Source of the DNA: Mizuhopecten yessoensis
Lineage: Eukaryota
Length of the DNA stretch: 64,000 nt
Direction of reading: 5' to 3'
Assembly (NCBI RefSeq): GCF_002113885.1
Contig: NW_018405715.1
Span: forward strand, 169,006-233,005
Positions 12,560 through 26,822 of this stretch are shown here, one piece after another. Each line of letters opens with the position of its first letter. Within the stretch, counting starts at the first letter, position 1. The translations under genes and the position numbers were made by a program. The notes under the pieces were generated by a model that saw only the letters and a program-made list of their open reading frames with translations, was not told where the DNA came from and ran no database searches.

Positions 12560-15500
12560 GTAAGACAGAAAAGCTTGCCTAAATTTCGAGATAAGAATTC
12601 CTTTTTTTTTAAACGTGACAAGTGATTTATCAGCCAAAGGATTGCGTCGTTCTACTAGTACTGTCGGTGTAGTTAAATATTGACAATTCTTACACTACAA
12701 AATATGTGCATATTTCTCCAGTGAATTACAATCAATTGATATATGACGCAAGCACTCAATGAACAGCGCCATTCGGCGTCATAAACGATGCCCGCATAAT
12801 TATTTCCAAGGAACCATGTTGGGCTAACACCTAGATAAAAAAAGTTACTTTGGTTGGTGAATATAAGCTAGCAACAGCCACTTCGCAGCACTTTTGTGGT
12901 GTTACATGATCTTCGATACCAATTTTAGGGTTTCTATATATAATATTGTCAATGTAGCCTGAAACTCCAAAATCAAATTAAAGAGGCTGATATTATGAAA
13001 TCCATAATCATTTATTTTGTTTTCATTGAACGGGATAGAGGTGTGTTAGAGTACCTAGTCCCGTGGTGAAAACGCCTGATAACTGGGTTGTAAGGCCTAC
13101 AGCACTGTCGGTTGGTTTGGCATACTCTAGGCTTGATCAATCAAAAAAAAAAGGCCGGTTCTGAATTATTTGAAAATTTGAACATTTCTCGGCGCGCGTT
13201 AAAAGTGGTTCATTGTCGAATTGTGTTTATTTAGAAAGTTGCTCTTTTCAAATATCAAAACCAGCCCGGCTAACTGGCATTCAGTTTCATATTGAATATT
13301 GAATGCCTTTGTGTATTATCCCTAGATTCCGTCCCAATGCTTAGGTCTAAGCGAAGCATGTTTTATACTTGATCAGAGCCTCTATAAAACATGTTTGAAT
13401 AATAAATATGACAATTTGATCACGCGGAAATGGTTCTGTCCGTATTTCGCGGATCTCCGTCTTTTCGCTGTTATCATTTTCCCAGACATTTCACGTTGGG
13501 CTAGAAAGCATCAAGCGGTACAATACAATTGCAATATTATTTTTAGATTTGAATATGCGGACAACAGCGAAGACATGAATTTCATACCAAAGTTTGAGCA
13601 CCGTATACTTGCGTGAATCGACAATATCGCTTGTTTTTTCGAATGGTTTTCATTTTTTGAACAAATCCAATTTTTGTTCACTGAGTCTGCTTGACATTTT
13701 TCTGTTTCAAATATTTCTAAAGTAATCACATTATTGAAGTTTCTTGTAATTGAATATGCCCTTTAAAAATACTAGCAGACAAAAGTTACGGAATGGATTT
13801 GTCGTCCTAATTCGGCTGAGAAAAGAAAACTGAAAGTCGTTGAAATATTACATCCATGTTGTATCTGGGAGGAAATGTCCCAGACTGGGAGAGCGATAGT
13901 CCGGCTAGAGTGTTAACATCCTCGATCTCAATGTTTCCTCTCAAGGATCTTAATACTGTACTTGGACGTTAGTGATTCCTTACAAACATTATCATTTTTA
14001 ACAATTCTTCATGATGTAAATACTCTGTAATTTCTATGCATGGAAAACAAACCGTGTGGGTCCTAGTTATGTTAGTAGGAAGAAATGTTGTTACAATATT
14101 GTTGTTAGATATTTACGAGAATAAATTGGAGATCATGATACACTAAATCATCGTTTTAGTCACTTCAATGTGTATGGACACCGGTAGTCCATGAGCTACT
14201 TAACTTACCAATGTTGGTACGTGTCTACTGTTCTCCTTTGCATGGTCGTTAGAGTAGACTAGTTTGGACCCTTCTTAAGGCTCTGGTTTTCTCCTACAAG
14301 CTAGTGGGCGCAATTGACGAGACCAAACGCGGTCTGCTGCCCCCGTTATAATAACACTCTGGATCTTTATTTGGTCTTACCTTGTTAGTGTAATCATTCT
14401 TGATTTTCTGCCCTTCTTGTTTCCGTGTTAACTTCTGTGTCACTATTACCACTACTTTTAAGGTTACTTTGTAGATGTCTCTTGACAAGGTCAACATGTT
14501 TATATTGCGTCTTTATTTTACTCTTTGTATTTGAATAGTTTATTTTTTTTGTGTTCATGCCCTGTGAAGTGTTTTTTATGGTGATATGCCTATAAGAAGT
14601 TAACATGACTTAGCATCAGCTGCCGTCCATTACTTGTTCATATCACGTTATAAAGAACGTTGACGTCATTGAACAGTAATAACTGCGATTCAAAAGCTGG
14701 CTGACATTCTTATCCTCACAGCAGATCAGACAAACAGCGTAATGTATGTCACAAGCCCTAGACATATCGGACCGTCAGGGCGACAGCTTTATATATGTAA
14801 GCTATTTTTAAAATGCATGTTTAAACGATTTTTTTTTCGTTTCAACAAAGTTAATTGCCTTGCTTAATCAATAGGATGGGATGACATGACTTGGTGTGCA
14901 TTTGGTGGAATATTGAACTGATTTCAAATAATTTCCAAACGTCTCGAAAGTCATAACTTGTCGTATTATGGTACCTTTATATAACATCCTTGACAGAAAG
15001 TTGATTGGTTAAAATAGCAGTTATCCAGCGTCATTCTTTATGACTGTGTTGGAGAGCTGATTAGACTAACCCCCGAGATTGAATCAAGCACAGCAGTGAT
15101 TGGGATTATACATCACCCCGTCAATTTATGAATCAAGCGCTGTAGTTATAGAGATTGTACATCGCCCACAAAAGTTTTCATCTAGGAACGAAATTGTTTA
15201 TATATAAACTGGATGGAAAACTTTGGATACATGGGTCTAGTTCATAAGATAATAAATCTCCATGAAGTAGTATACATATTCAGCGGCAACGCAATTTAGA
15301 AATTCTGAAACATAACCTCCTGCCGACAAAACTTTTACCACCGGTCTTTAAAACTTGATCTCTCTTCCCGATACCTTGTGAAGTGACCACCTTTTAATCA
15401 ATTACAACTACACTTAAAATTTCCGTCATTTAAAACGCCATTTTGATCTATGGGACCGATCGTGTCAGATGCAAATCTTCGGGATTCAATGCATTAAACT

Positions 15501-15723
15501 TTTTCTAATATTGAAAAAAAGTTGATAGTTCCGAATTCTGCCCTCTGTGTAATGATTTACTGTCTTTTGGCGACGCAAAATTCGTACAGAAATTCAAAAT
15601 GAGTTCTCCTGTGTGCAAAACTTTGCCTTTCATTGAAAATAATTTTGCAATGGCAAACTCACAAAGCTTGTGCCCAGTAGTGAGAGGAATCTATCGTGAT
15701 ACTGTATGGATAGGGAATAATAG

Positions 15724-15922
15724 TACATCACATCGTCAGTGTTTGAACCAAACGTGGTAGTGATGGGGAATATTACATCACAGCATCAGTGTTTGAACAA
15801 AGCGTGGTAGTGATAGGGAATATTACATCACAGCGTCAGTGTTTGAATCAAGCAGAGCAGTGATAGAGAATATTACATCACAACGTCAGAGATTGAATTA
15901 AGCGTGGTAGTGATAGGAAATA
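15724..15922. repeat. 50-bp minisatellite, about 4 copies
   Basis: tacatcaca at 15724, 15774, 15824 and 15874. Decayed relatives near 15070-15170 and 16590-16665. Confidence 0.85.
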
Positions 15923-15999
15923 TATACGGAACACCACCAATGTGTTAATGAAGCGGAATAAAGGGTAGTGAATACACGTCACAACATTAACAACATATT

Positions 16000-16125
16000 T
16001 TACCTGTAACTGATCAGCGAGATCGGGTTATCTCAGTTGAGGGTTAATACTCTGTAACAAAATTGGGATGTTACGGAATCTTAGCCCGATACTGAGATAA
16101 CCCGATCTCGCTCAGTTACAGGTAA
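16000..16125. mobile_element. Hairpin or MITE-like element
   Basis: ttacctgtaactga(tc)agcgagatcgggttatctcagt pairs with actgagataacccgatctcgctcagttacaggtaa (about 35-bp arms). Confidence 0.7.
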
Positions 16126-18009
16126 TTGATTTTTTTTCTCTCGCACCTGTTAGTTCGAAAAGAACTATTCAATTTTGCTCAAGTATCCCGCCTTGGGCCT
16201 CAAATGATAATGACCTCTTCATTACTAAAGCTACATTTAAATGTTCCCGCGAAAAAAAATGTAGTCCGTCCTTACAAAGATTACAACATATTTCACAGTG
16301 TAGATTATATTTTAACTATAACATCAAATATCTAACAACTTCAAAACCATACATAAAACGACAAAACAGAACATTTATAATGCAAATTGTCAGTTTCAAG
16401 CAGTTAACGCGTAGATGAATACATCGCAGTGAAAAAATTCCGCGAAATGTCACGTAAAGGTACAAGACAGGACGGACGAGATAGAAAAATCTAGCATGGG
16501 GTATGACGTGGGATATCTCTGTCTGAGGTACGAGAATAATAGGTCTGACTCTAGTATAGTCGTACTGGGTAATTAACCAATGATGTTAAAACAAGCGTAA
16601 TAGTGGTAGTAACCATTCACTATACCACCAATCTCGGAATAAAACGTGTTAGTGATATGGTATATTGTTGAAGGGTATGAATCATCAAAATGACCTTTAT
16701 ATTGAGAATCAACATTATCTTAGATAATTAGAATAATGATATCAAAACGATATTGGTTAACACATTACAGTAAGGCTTATACATAGGAATTTGATGAGCT
16801 TTAAATGTTGGCCATAGCTAAATTAATATATTATGTACTTGACTAATTTTAGTTGATTAGACTTTGACTTAATTGCCTTCCCCTGTAAAACTAATGCGAA
16901 GCAAATCGGTTTCTATTACGCGGAGGCCTATTAACAAGCGGTGTGGTAATTGCCTGTTGCTAGAAGACCTGACAGGCAACTTTGATTTATATATACGAGG
17001 ACTATTGGAACGTGTGTAAGGTAGCGTTGGCTCTAGATATGTCTACTTCGGAAAATTCAGCAAAGAAACGCAGCATAAATGGGATCGGAGCACGTAGCCT
17101 GGCAGGAGGCCAGTATCACGTGGTACAATGCTGGATCGACAACAATGAAACCTAAACGAATCACGTTTTCAATATAAGCACAATCTGTTGTTCGTGGAGT
17201 CGACAGACTTTTTAATCGCGATAATTTGAAAATAGGATCTAGTATGCTGTCTAGAGCTCCATGCTCTATCGTCTCTTCATTCTGTATGGCTGTAATTTGT
17301 ACTTTGCGGCTCGAAATTAATTTAGCGTACATGAATAGTTCCAGAGTTTAGTGAAGAGGGTTTCGCGTGTCATTCCTCGAAATCTACTTATTGCAGAGAA
17401 ACTTAAACACATCGTCAGCACATAGAGACAATCAGATGAACAGTCGGTCGGGACAAACAACGGTAGTAGAATTAGCCGCGCCACAAGGTCAAATGCCGAT
17501 TATAAATAGAACTGATTCAATAGATCGAGTAAAATGTATAAGAACATAAGGAATTTTAAAGTTTTGAAAATATTGATGTGCATCTTTAATGATTTAGGGA
17601 GGAAACTGCGATTGGAAGTATTATTATAAGAACACTTGGAATGATAAATATGAAACTCACGATACACCATTTGCGTCAATTTATCGATCGAGGGGGGTTT
17701 TAAGTTGTGACGTTCATAATTCATGAAATACTTATCAAAGCTTGTAACTGAAGCCACGTTTTGAGCAAATTATGGACAATTAAAATAACGTTTCGCCCTC
17801 GGGCCCGTTCCGAACTTAAATTCAGTTAAATAATTATATAAGGAACTCGAGGCTGCGTGTTTTATTTGCCATGTAAAGTAGACTTGTTTAGAACAAAATT
17901 ATATCACTGTTATACGTATCTGTCTGTATCGCTGTCATGTCTGCCGGTCGGTCTGTAGTGCTGTTTTATGTGCCCCTCTATATGACTATTAGATATGCCT
18001 CTTTGAATC

Positions 18010-18270
18010 AAACCTGTGCAGGTTCGGGGAAAGAATGGACACCCTGTGTCCAACTACATGCTTTATGAGGTGACAAAGGTTGGATAACCTGCAAGTTTCT
18101 TGGGTTTTTTTCTGTGCCTTCTAGAGGAAATTGAAAAGGTCAAAGTTTGATCTTCTGCTCCCATTGAAACAGTCGGGGTATCTATATATTCTTTCTATTA
18201 GGCAGTGTCTCCCTAGGCACTCGTCACCATATAACCTTGGCTGTTGTGGGGACGCTAAACCACAACAGAA
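18010..18270 (+). mobile_element. Degenerate SINE-like remnant
   Basis: 3' end ccttggctgttgtggggacgctaaaccacaac resembles the tail of the SINE at 44042 (ctgttaatagggcgaaccaaatc). Internal gggttttttt motif. Confidence 0.35.
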
Positions 18271-18334
18271 ACACTCTGTCTGACAGCTACAGTTTATATC
18301 TGTCTATACGACTGATAAATATGTTTATCTGCAG

Positions 18335-18585
18335 GTCGGTCGTTGGTCCCCAGTCGTGACCAAAGTCAGATACACCAAGAAGATTGAAATGAAGCTAGAG
18401 ATGCAAGGTATTACGTGGCCAGGAAAAATGCCGTTTCCGCCCAAAGGTCGACCGGAAAGGCGCTTCTTTAGGATCGCGACACTGGAGGAGCAACCGTACG
18501 TCATGTATAAGGATCCGGACAACTCGACGGGCGACTGTGGCCCACCTTCTATCCCATGTCGCCTCGTCTACAACGAAACCATCCA
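18335..18585 (+). CDS. Nmdar2: NR2-like exon (end of ATD, start of S1 ligand-binding segment)
   Basis: tttatctgcAG acceptor, CA|gtgagt donor (phase 0 to 2). Encodes VGRWS...ITWPG...PPKGRPERRFFRIATLEEQPYVMYKDPDNSTGDCGPPSIPCR. Confidence 0.93.
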
Positions 18586-19268
18586 GTGAGTCGATTATCA
18601 CTAAATTAAACGGGGATTTTATTAGGAAACAAATTCGTGGTATCGCGAATCTGGTTTACTGGTTTCGGCTACTGATATCGCACAGGATAAAGGAATATTC
18701 GAGCACCAAGGTCACAGTTGTTTTCAAAAAGTTCAGGACCATATGTCGTCAAATGTATTATCATCAGCGAAACCTCAGACAACATGTGCGTAAATATCTA
18801 CACACAAAATGGATTTCTCATCAAATATCGTTGTTTCTAATACTTTGTTATAATGTTACAAAACAAACTATAAAGTTTTTGCTACAAAACACGTTTTACT
18901 TGTAACGACTTCATGTATATCACGTACACTTAAATGTTCCAAACATAAATCTGTCATCTAAATTTTAAAACTGTTCAATAATGAATTATTGGCCCATTGT
19001 GATGTATTTATCATTTTGTAGTTTTTATTTTATTTTCTCTCTGAAAACTGAACTTAAGAAATATAAGAATATCTCTAAAGCAAAAAGTATGTCGTTGCAT
19101 ACACATGTTATGATCGATGAAAAGAAACCACCCAAAAGCAAAGCAAATCAAACAAATTATGTATATCAATACGATTTAGCAATCTGTATTTATTATCATT
19201 TTCATTAAATGATGACATCTGTGTTAACTGTTCTGTATGGAAAAGTGTACGTACCTGTTTCGTTACAG

Positions 19269-19419
19269 TGGTAAGAATGACAGCACGCTGTTTAACGGAA
19301 CCGTGGTCCGGTGTTGTGCCGGACTTAGTATCGACCTCCTCAACATCCTTAGCGAAAAGATGGCGTTTGACTTCGTTCTGTTTGAGGTGGCAGACCGAAG
19401 CTTTGGCGTTCAGAATGAA
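19269..19419 (+). CDS. Nmdar2: NR2-like exon (S1)
   Basis: tttcgttacAG acceptor, GAA|gtaagt donor (phase 2 to 0). Encodes GKNDSTLFNGTVVRCCAGLSIDLLNILSEKMAFDFVLFEVADRSFGVQNE (NMDAR CC.G..IDLL motif). Confidence 0.93.
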
Positions 19420-20227
19420 GTAAGTAGCAATGGTATTCAGATGTTGTTATATCCAACTGCAATTGCATTAAGAACCACAGAAGCGAGTGCTGCCTTAAAT
19501 GCCCTGTTCGGTATGAAAGGAAATAGGGTTTTTAAGAAATGGCGCGATAGTACCGGTTCTTTCAGATGATTTAATATATATCAGTTACATCGTGGTCTGA
19601 TTGAAACATATCTTAGAGAGTTAAGATGGCTACAATGGTATCTTGATAAATGTTGGAAACACAATTTATAGAAGCACCCTGGTTCTAACCATCGCTGCCA
19701 GAGTTAAGCATTCGAATACGAATAAAAATCATAAACTGCTTTACTAATGATTTTTTGAAAGGTTCAAATTGTTTGCAAACGTATCGGTTTTACCTGGTAG
19801 CAGTTTAACATTCATTTTTGAATGTTATTACCAATTTTATAGCTATATTGAAAGCGATATCATGCGTATGAGAACATGATCTATCCAAAGCTATTCTAAG
19901 TGAAACAATCTGGCATTTTGCACCTGTTGTCCTTGTCGACGTGCTTGTTAACTTTCCAGAAACCCTACATAAAGCATGTTGTGAATTGGTCTTTAGTTAT
20001 GCTTCTCCCGGAAAACTCTTAGACCCTACTTGGGGAGGCAATCGGTTTTGAAAGGCATGACGGACAGACATGTTTATTGTCGGCACATCGACGGTTGACA
20101 AACATTACTCTCCGGAAGTCAGGCTCTTTAGCCGTACAGACAGGAGGGGGAGAGTGGTCAGAGCGTGCACCAGTTCGCACCAGTCACGTCAAAATGGCTG
20201 GCAACATTACGTGTACGCTGCATGTAC

Positions 20228-23200
20228 TCTAGGCGTGATGTATGACTGGCTTGGAAAGACGTGCGTAACATCGATAGTATAGTAGCTGAGTGATAGTTGT
20301 CCGAGAGTTGTTTGATCTGTAGAGATATTAATCTATCGTAAGGCTGACCCAGGCTCGCGACAGTAGCTGTACCAATAGCTCGTTTACTGGAGATCGAAAT
20401 AATTCACTAGCTTATCACAGTACGGGTAATCTATCGTAATGCTGGCCCAGGCCCGCGACAGTAGCTGTACCAACAGCTCATTTACTGGAGATCGAAATAA
20501 TTCACTAGCTTATCACAGTACGGGTTATCTAGCGTAATGCTGACCCAGGCTCGCGACAGTAGCTGTAGCAACAGCTCGTTTACAGAGGATCGAAATAATT
20601 CACTAGCCTATCACAGCACGGGTAATCTATCGTAATGCTGACCCAGGCTTGCGACAGTAGCTGTACCAACAGCTCGTTTACTGGAGATCGAAATAATTAA
20701 CTAGCCTATCACAGTACGGGTAATCTATCGTAATGCTGACCCAGGCCCTCGACAGTAGCTGTACCAACAGCTCGTTTACTAGAGATCGAAATAATTTACT
20801 AGCTTATCACTGTACGGGTAATCTATCGTAATGCTTCTAGGCGTGATGTATGACTGGCTTGGAAAGACGTGCGTAACATCGATAGTATAATAGCTGAGTG
20901 ATAGTTGTCCGAGAGTTGTTTGATCTGTAGAGATATTAATCTATCGTAAGGCTGCCCCAGGCTCGCGACAGTAGCTGTACCAATAGCTCGTTTACTGGAG
21001 ATCTAAATAATTCACTAGCCTATCACAGTACGAGTAATCTATCGTAATGCTGACCCCGGTCCGCGACAGTAGCTGTAGCAACAACTCATTTACTGGAGAT
21101 CTAAATAATTCACTAGCGTATCACTGTACGGATTATCTATCGAAATGCTGACCCAGGCTCGCGACAGTAGCTGTAGCAACAGCTCGTTTACAGAGGATCG
21201 AAATAATTCACTAGCCTATCACAGCACGGGTAATCTATCGTAATGCTGACCCAGGCCCGCGACAGTATCTGTACCAACAGCTCGTTTACTGGAGATCGAA
21301 ATAATTAACTAGCCTATCACAGTACGGGTAATCTATCGTAATGCTGGCCCAGGCCCGCGACAGTAGCTGTACCAACAGCTCATTTACAGAGGATCGAAAT
21401 AATTCACTAGCCTATCACAGTACGAGTAATCTATCGTAATGCTGACCCCGGTCCGCGACAGTAGCTGTAGCAACAACTCATTTACTGGAGATCTAAATAA
21501 TTCACTAGCGTATCACTGTACGGGTTATCTATCGTAATGCTGACCCAGGCCTGTGGCAATAGCTGTTCCAACAGCTCGTTTACTGGAGATGGAAATAATT
21601 CACTAGCATATCACAGTACGGGTAATCTATCGTAATGCTGACCTAGGCCCGCGACAGTAGCTGTACCAACAGCTCATTTACAGAGGATCGAAATAATTTA
21701 CTAGCTTATCACTGTACGGGTTATCTATCGAAATGCTGACCCAGGCCCGCGACAGTAGCTGTACCAACAGCTCATTTACAGAGGATCGAAATAATTCACT
21801 AGCCTATCACAGCACGGGTAATCTATCGTGACCCCGGTCCGCGACAGTAGCTGTATCAACAACTCATTTACTGGAGATCGAAATAATTCACTAGCTTATC
21901 ACAGTACGGGTAATCTATCGTAATGCTGACCGAGGCTCGCGACAGTAGCTGTACCAACAGCTCATTTACAGAGGATCGAAATAATTCACTAGCTTATCAC
22001 AGTACGGGTTATCTAGCGTAATGCTGACCCAGGCTCGCGACAGTAGCTGAACCAACAGCTCATTTACAGAGGATCGAAATAATTCACTAGCCTATCACAG
22101 TACGAGTAATCTATCGTAATGCTGACCCCGGTCCGCGACAGTAGCTGTATCAACAACTCATTTACTGGAGATCTAAATAATTCACTAGCGTATCACTGTA
22201 CGGGTTATCTATCGAAATGCTGACCCAGGCTCGCGACAGTAGCTGTACCAACAGCTCGTTTACAGAGGATCGAAATAATTCACTAGCTTATCACAGTACA
22301 ATGTCGGGTTCTGACGGTGGGTAGGTACATGTATTTGCTTTTCCTCCTTGCTCTATGGCGATAGTCATGGTACTATTAATTTTAACGAGTAAAACAAATT
22401 CGTTATTCTATTTCCGTTTCGGTGTATTCACTAACTTATCACTGTACGGGTAATTTATCGTAATGCTGACCCAGGCTCGCGATAGTAGCTGTACCAACAG
22501 CTCATTTACTGGGGATCGAAATAATTCACTAGCTTATCACTGTACGGGTTATCTCTCGTAATGCTGAACCAGACCTGCGCCAGTAGCTGTACCAACAGCT
22601 CGTTTACTGGAGATTGAAATAATTCACTAGCTAATCACTGTACGGGTAATCCATCGTAATGCTGACCCAGGCTCGCGACAGTAGCTGAACCAACAGCTCG
22701 TTTACTGGAGATCGAAATAATTAACTAGCTTATCACAGTACGGGTAATCTATCGTGATGCTGACCCAGGCTCGCGACAGTAGCTGAACCAACAGCTCGTT
22801 TACTGGAGATCGAAATAATTCACTAGCTTATCACTGTACGGGTTATCTATCGTAATGCTGACCCAGGCTGGCGACAGTAGCTGTACCAACAGCTCGTTTA
22901 GAGAGGATCGAAATAATTCACTAGCCTATCACAGCACGGGAAATCTATCGTAATGCTGACCCAGGCCCGCGACCGTAGCTGTACCAACAGCTCGTTTACT
23001 AGAGATCAAAATAATTCACTAGCCTATCAATCAACAACTAATTTACTGGAGATCTAAATAATTCACTAGCGTATCACTGTGACAGTAGCTGTACCAACAG
23101 CTCGTTTACTAGAGATCAAAATAATTCACTAGCCTATCAATCAACAACTAATTTACTGGAGATCTAAATAATTCACTAGCTTATCACAGTACGGGCTATC

Positions 23201-24391
23201 TATCGTAATGCTGACCCAAGCTCGCGACAGTAGCTGTACCAACAGCTCATTTACTAGAGGTCGAAATAATTCACTAACTTATCACTGTACGGGGAATCTA
23301 TCGTAATGCTGACCCAGGCTCGCGATAGTAGCTGTACCAACAGCTCATTTACTGGGGATCGAAATAATTCACTAGCTTATCACTGTACGGGTTATTTATC
23401 GTAATGCTGACCCAGGCTCCCGATAGTAGCTGTACCAACAGCTCGTTTACTAGAGATCAAAATAATTCACTAGCCTATCAATCAACAACTAATTTACTGG
23501 AGATCTAAATAATTCACTAGCGTATCACTGTACGGGTTGTCTATCGAAATGCTGACCCAGGCTCGCGACAGTAGCTGAACCAACAGCTCATTTACAGAGG
23601 ATCGAAATAATTCACTAGCTTATCACAGTACGGGTTATCTATCGTAATGCTGACCCAGGCTGGCGACAGTAGCTGTACCAACAGCTCGTTTACTGGAGAT
23701 GGAAATAATTAACTAGCTTATCACAGTACGGGTAATCTATCGTGATGCTGACCCAGGCTCGCGACAGTAGCTGAACCAACAGCTCATTTACAGAGGATCG
23801 AAATAATTTACTAGCTTATCACTGTACGGGTTATTTATCGTAATGCTGACCCAGGCTCCCGATAGTAGCTGTACCAACAGCTCGTTTACTAGATCGAAAT
23901 AATTCACTAGCCTATCACAGTACGGGTAATCTATCGTAATGCTGACCCAGGCTTGCGACAGTAGCTGTACCAACAGCTCGTTTAGAGAGGATCGAAATAA
24001 TTCACTAGCCTATCACAGCACGGGAAATCTATCGTAATGCTGACCCAGGCCCGCGACCGTAGCTGTACCAACAGCTCGTTTACTAGAGATCAAAATAATT
24101 CACTAGCCTATCAATCAACAACTAATTTACTGGAGATCTAAATAATTCACTAGCGTATCACCGTACGGGTTATCTCTCGAAATGCCGACCCAGGCTCGCG
24201 ACAGTAGCTGTACCAACAGGTCGTTTACTGGAGATCGAAATAATTCACTAGCTTATCACAGTACAATGTCGGGTTCTGATGGTGGGTAGGTACATGTATT
24301 TGCTTTTCCTCATTGCTCTATGGCGATAGTCATGGTACTATTAATTTTAACGAGTAAAACAAATTCGTTATTCTATTTCCGTTTCGGTGTA
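20228..24391. repeat. 98-bp satellite array (over 30 units) in the 9-kb intron, with copies of both flanks inside it
   Basis: Unit aatctatcgtaatgctgacccaggctcgcgacagtagctgtaccaacagctcgtttactggagatcgaaataattcactagcttatcacagtacgggt. The period from 20330 to 20428 is 98 bp. Confidence 0.95.
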
Positions 24392-26822
24392 ATTGAAAAT
24401 CCTATAATGTACTGAATCTAATGTTATATTCCGTTCAGCCCATTAAGCTATGACCTCATATTTTTCTAAACAAAATACAGGTCAATCGGATGAGTATTCG
24501 CGAAGTTTGACCTTTATCCTGTGGCATCTTTACGGATTGAAATTTGAGTATGCTAAATAATTATGTTTATATATCTGAAATCCACTTCCTGATATTGTAG
24601 TATAATTCTTAGAAGAAATTCTTAAATGTGTGTCAAATCATTCTTGTTCCGTTCCCGCATGCGTGAACCCTATCATGACGGGGTAGTAAATACTACCAAA
24701 CGACTGTGGAATAGCAGTGTTGTTTTGAATGCATTCTTTGGCTTTATGTGACAGAGATATGCACATTTGGTCGATTACGCTGTCAGTTACCTTAAAAAAC
24801 AAAATATGAATATGCTGTTAGATTAATAAATATCATGAAAACTCCGACCGTAATCCTTCGAGATTAACTGAGGCGAGCTGACCTGCTACATTAGTTGGTC
24901 GGGAGGCACGTCTTTCTCAATATTACACAAAATCTCCCCCAACCATAGAGTAGTAAAATAGGACATTGTACATTTGTTTACCTGCTGGGTTTAGAGGAAT
25001 TTAGAGGATGTCAATTTAATTTTACATATCGGTCTGAACGTGTGCTCCAACGCCAATCTTCGCTTCAAATACACTGGAATACAACAATTAATTATTTGTA
25101 ATTCATTAAATGTAGGTGAGAATATTTTGATGTTAGGCGATCATTGTTTATATCAAATCATTTAATAGATTTCCATTCGATATACCTTAAATGATAAGTG
25201 GCTTGACGTCGTATTGCACGATCTGCGTTTCTTTCTTTCTCGTGAGTGTATCGTCCATTCAGATAGCCAGGAAGCGGACACAGCCCCCAGTCTGCCTCTG
25301 CTACTCCAGTGAGTGGGCCTGCAACAGCCGTCTAATATCATCTTTTATGATCATCCATCAAACGATAAATTGATTAGGATGAACTGGTTTTCAGTCAAAA
25401 CGGCTTTACTCTAATAATAACATCCCTTCAAGTTCGCTAATCGTTTTATAAATGACAAGTGTTCTCAATAGCGACTCGGACGTCAGAGCGCACTCACTAT
25501 ATAATCTTCTAACGCTTCCGTACGATTTACACGTGTTTGTAGATTACTAGTGTAATTTCCATGGAAAATAAAACACGCTTTGTTCCATTATTTGCTGAAG
25601 GCATAGTTCACCGAGAATCGCTTGCTGATATTGTAACAATTCACTCCCGCCTTTAATTATAAGAATTCATATTATAGTATGTGTTTAATTACGGCCGACT
25701 GACTGGGGTTGTTCACGGCGCCTATTGTTCTGATGAGAGTACGAAATACAGACGAGCGGCCAATTGTTAAGCGTTTGATGTTGTTAGCATTACAAATTGT
25801 TTACAAATTAGTTCATTGAATTATCTGTAAAGCCATCCGGTACGGTACTACGCCAGTGTCGAGGAGATCGATACGCACTCTATAGCGGAACTGGACACTT
25901 TGATAGTATCCCATTGTTAATCAACGCTTCTAACTGTTTCGTCGAACTGTTAAAGATTATCGACGATCTCCAGTAACGGACGGTACTGTATCTTATCAAT
26001 CAGCGTAGCAGCTCCCCAACCGAATCCGGCACTATAGCGTCCTTTTGAAGAGCTTCCAGTGAAAATAGTGAATTAGATTTATCCTAGGATGACACAATCG
26101 ATTTGGTGTGAGGTTCAGTATATAGCGATGGACTTCGGCCATCCCAGTACCAGTCCTAGACTTATTGCTACATGGCCTCCCGTTGATATGAGGACTACTG
26201 CTCTCAACGTAAACTGATAGCCGTAACGTCAAAGGATACACCCCGGAGACTAGGCGGGATGACGTAATACATCGTATACATTGATCACTAACACAGTCGT
26301 TGTAACACATGTTGAAACTTGAGAACATACAACACACTTACTGTTTCTAAACACCGGCGATGTGGCTTTAGTTTTTGTCGGCAGCAAGGTCGACTTGTGT
26401 GCGCTCATAGGTGCAAACGATTTGTACACCATACGAAGTAAATTTGCGTTCTAAAGGTTGACAGAGATAATGTGCATTATTATACCTCTACTTTATTTAC
26501 TCTATATAAAAGTAATTGGTTAAATCGAATATATTCCCACTTTCGCCTGACTGTGTTTTAGTCCTGTGTGTTAGTATGGGAACTAAAACACACCTACACT
26601 CGGGTGTTTCCGCCGAGCCAATCAGGCGAGAGGTGGGCGGAGCTTGTTACCGAACTCGGAGGCGACGCACGAGGTGGACGGAGCTTGCAACCGAACTCGG
26701 AAGCATTTGGCTCCATTGCCATCAAAGGGGTAGTTTGGACGTGAAGCTATACAGCTTATGGTTTACAAATATTTTCTAGTTAAAACTATCTCTGCAGTGT
26801 GTATCGGTATAAAAAGAAAACG

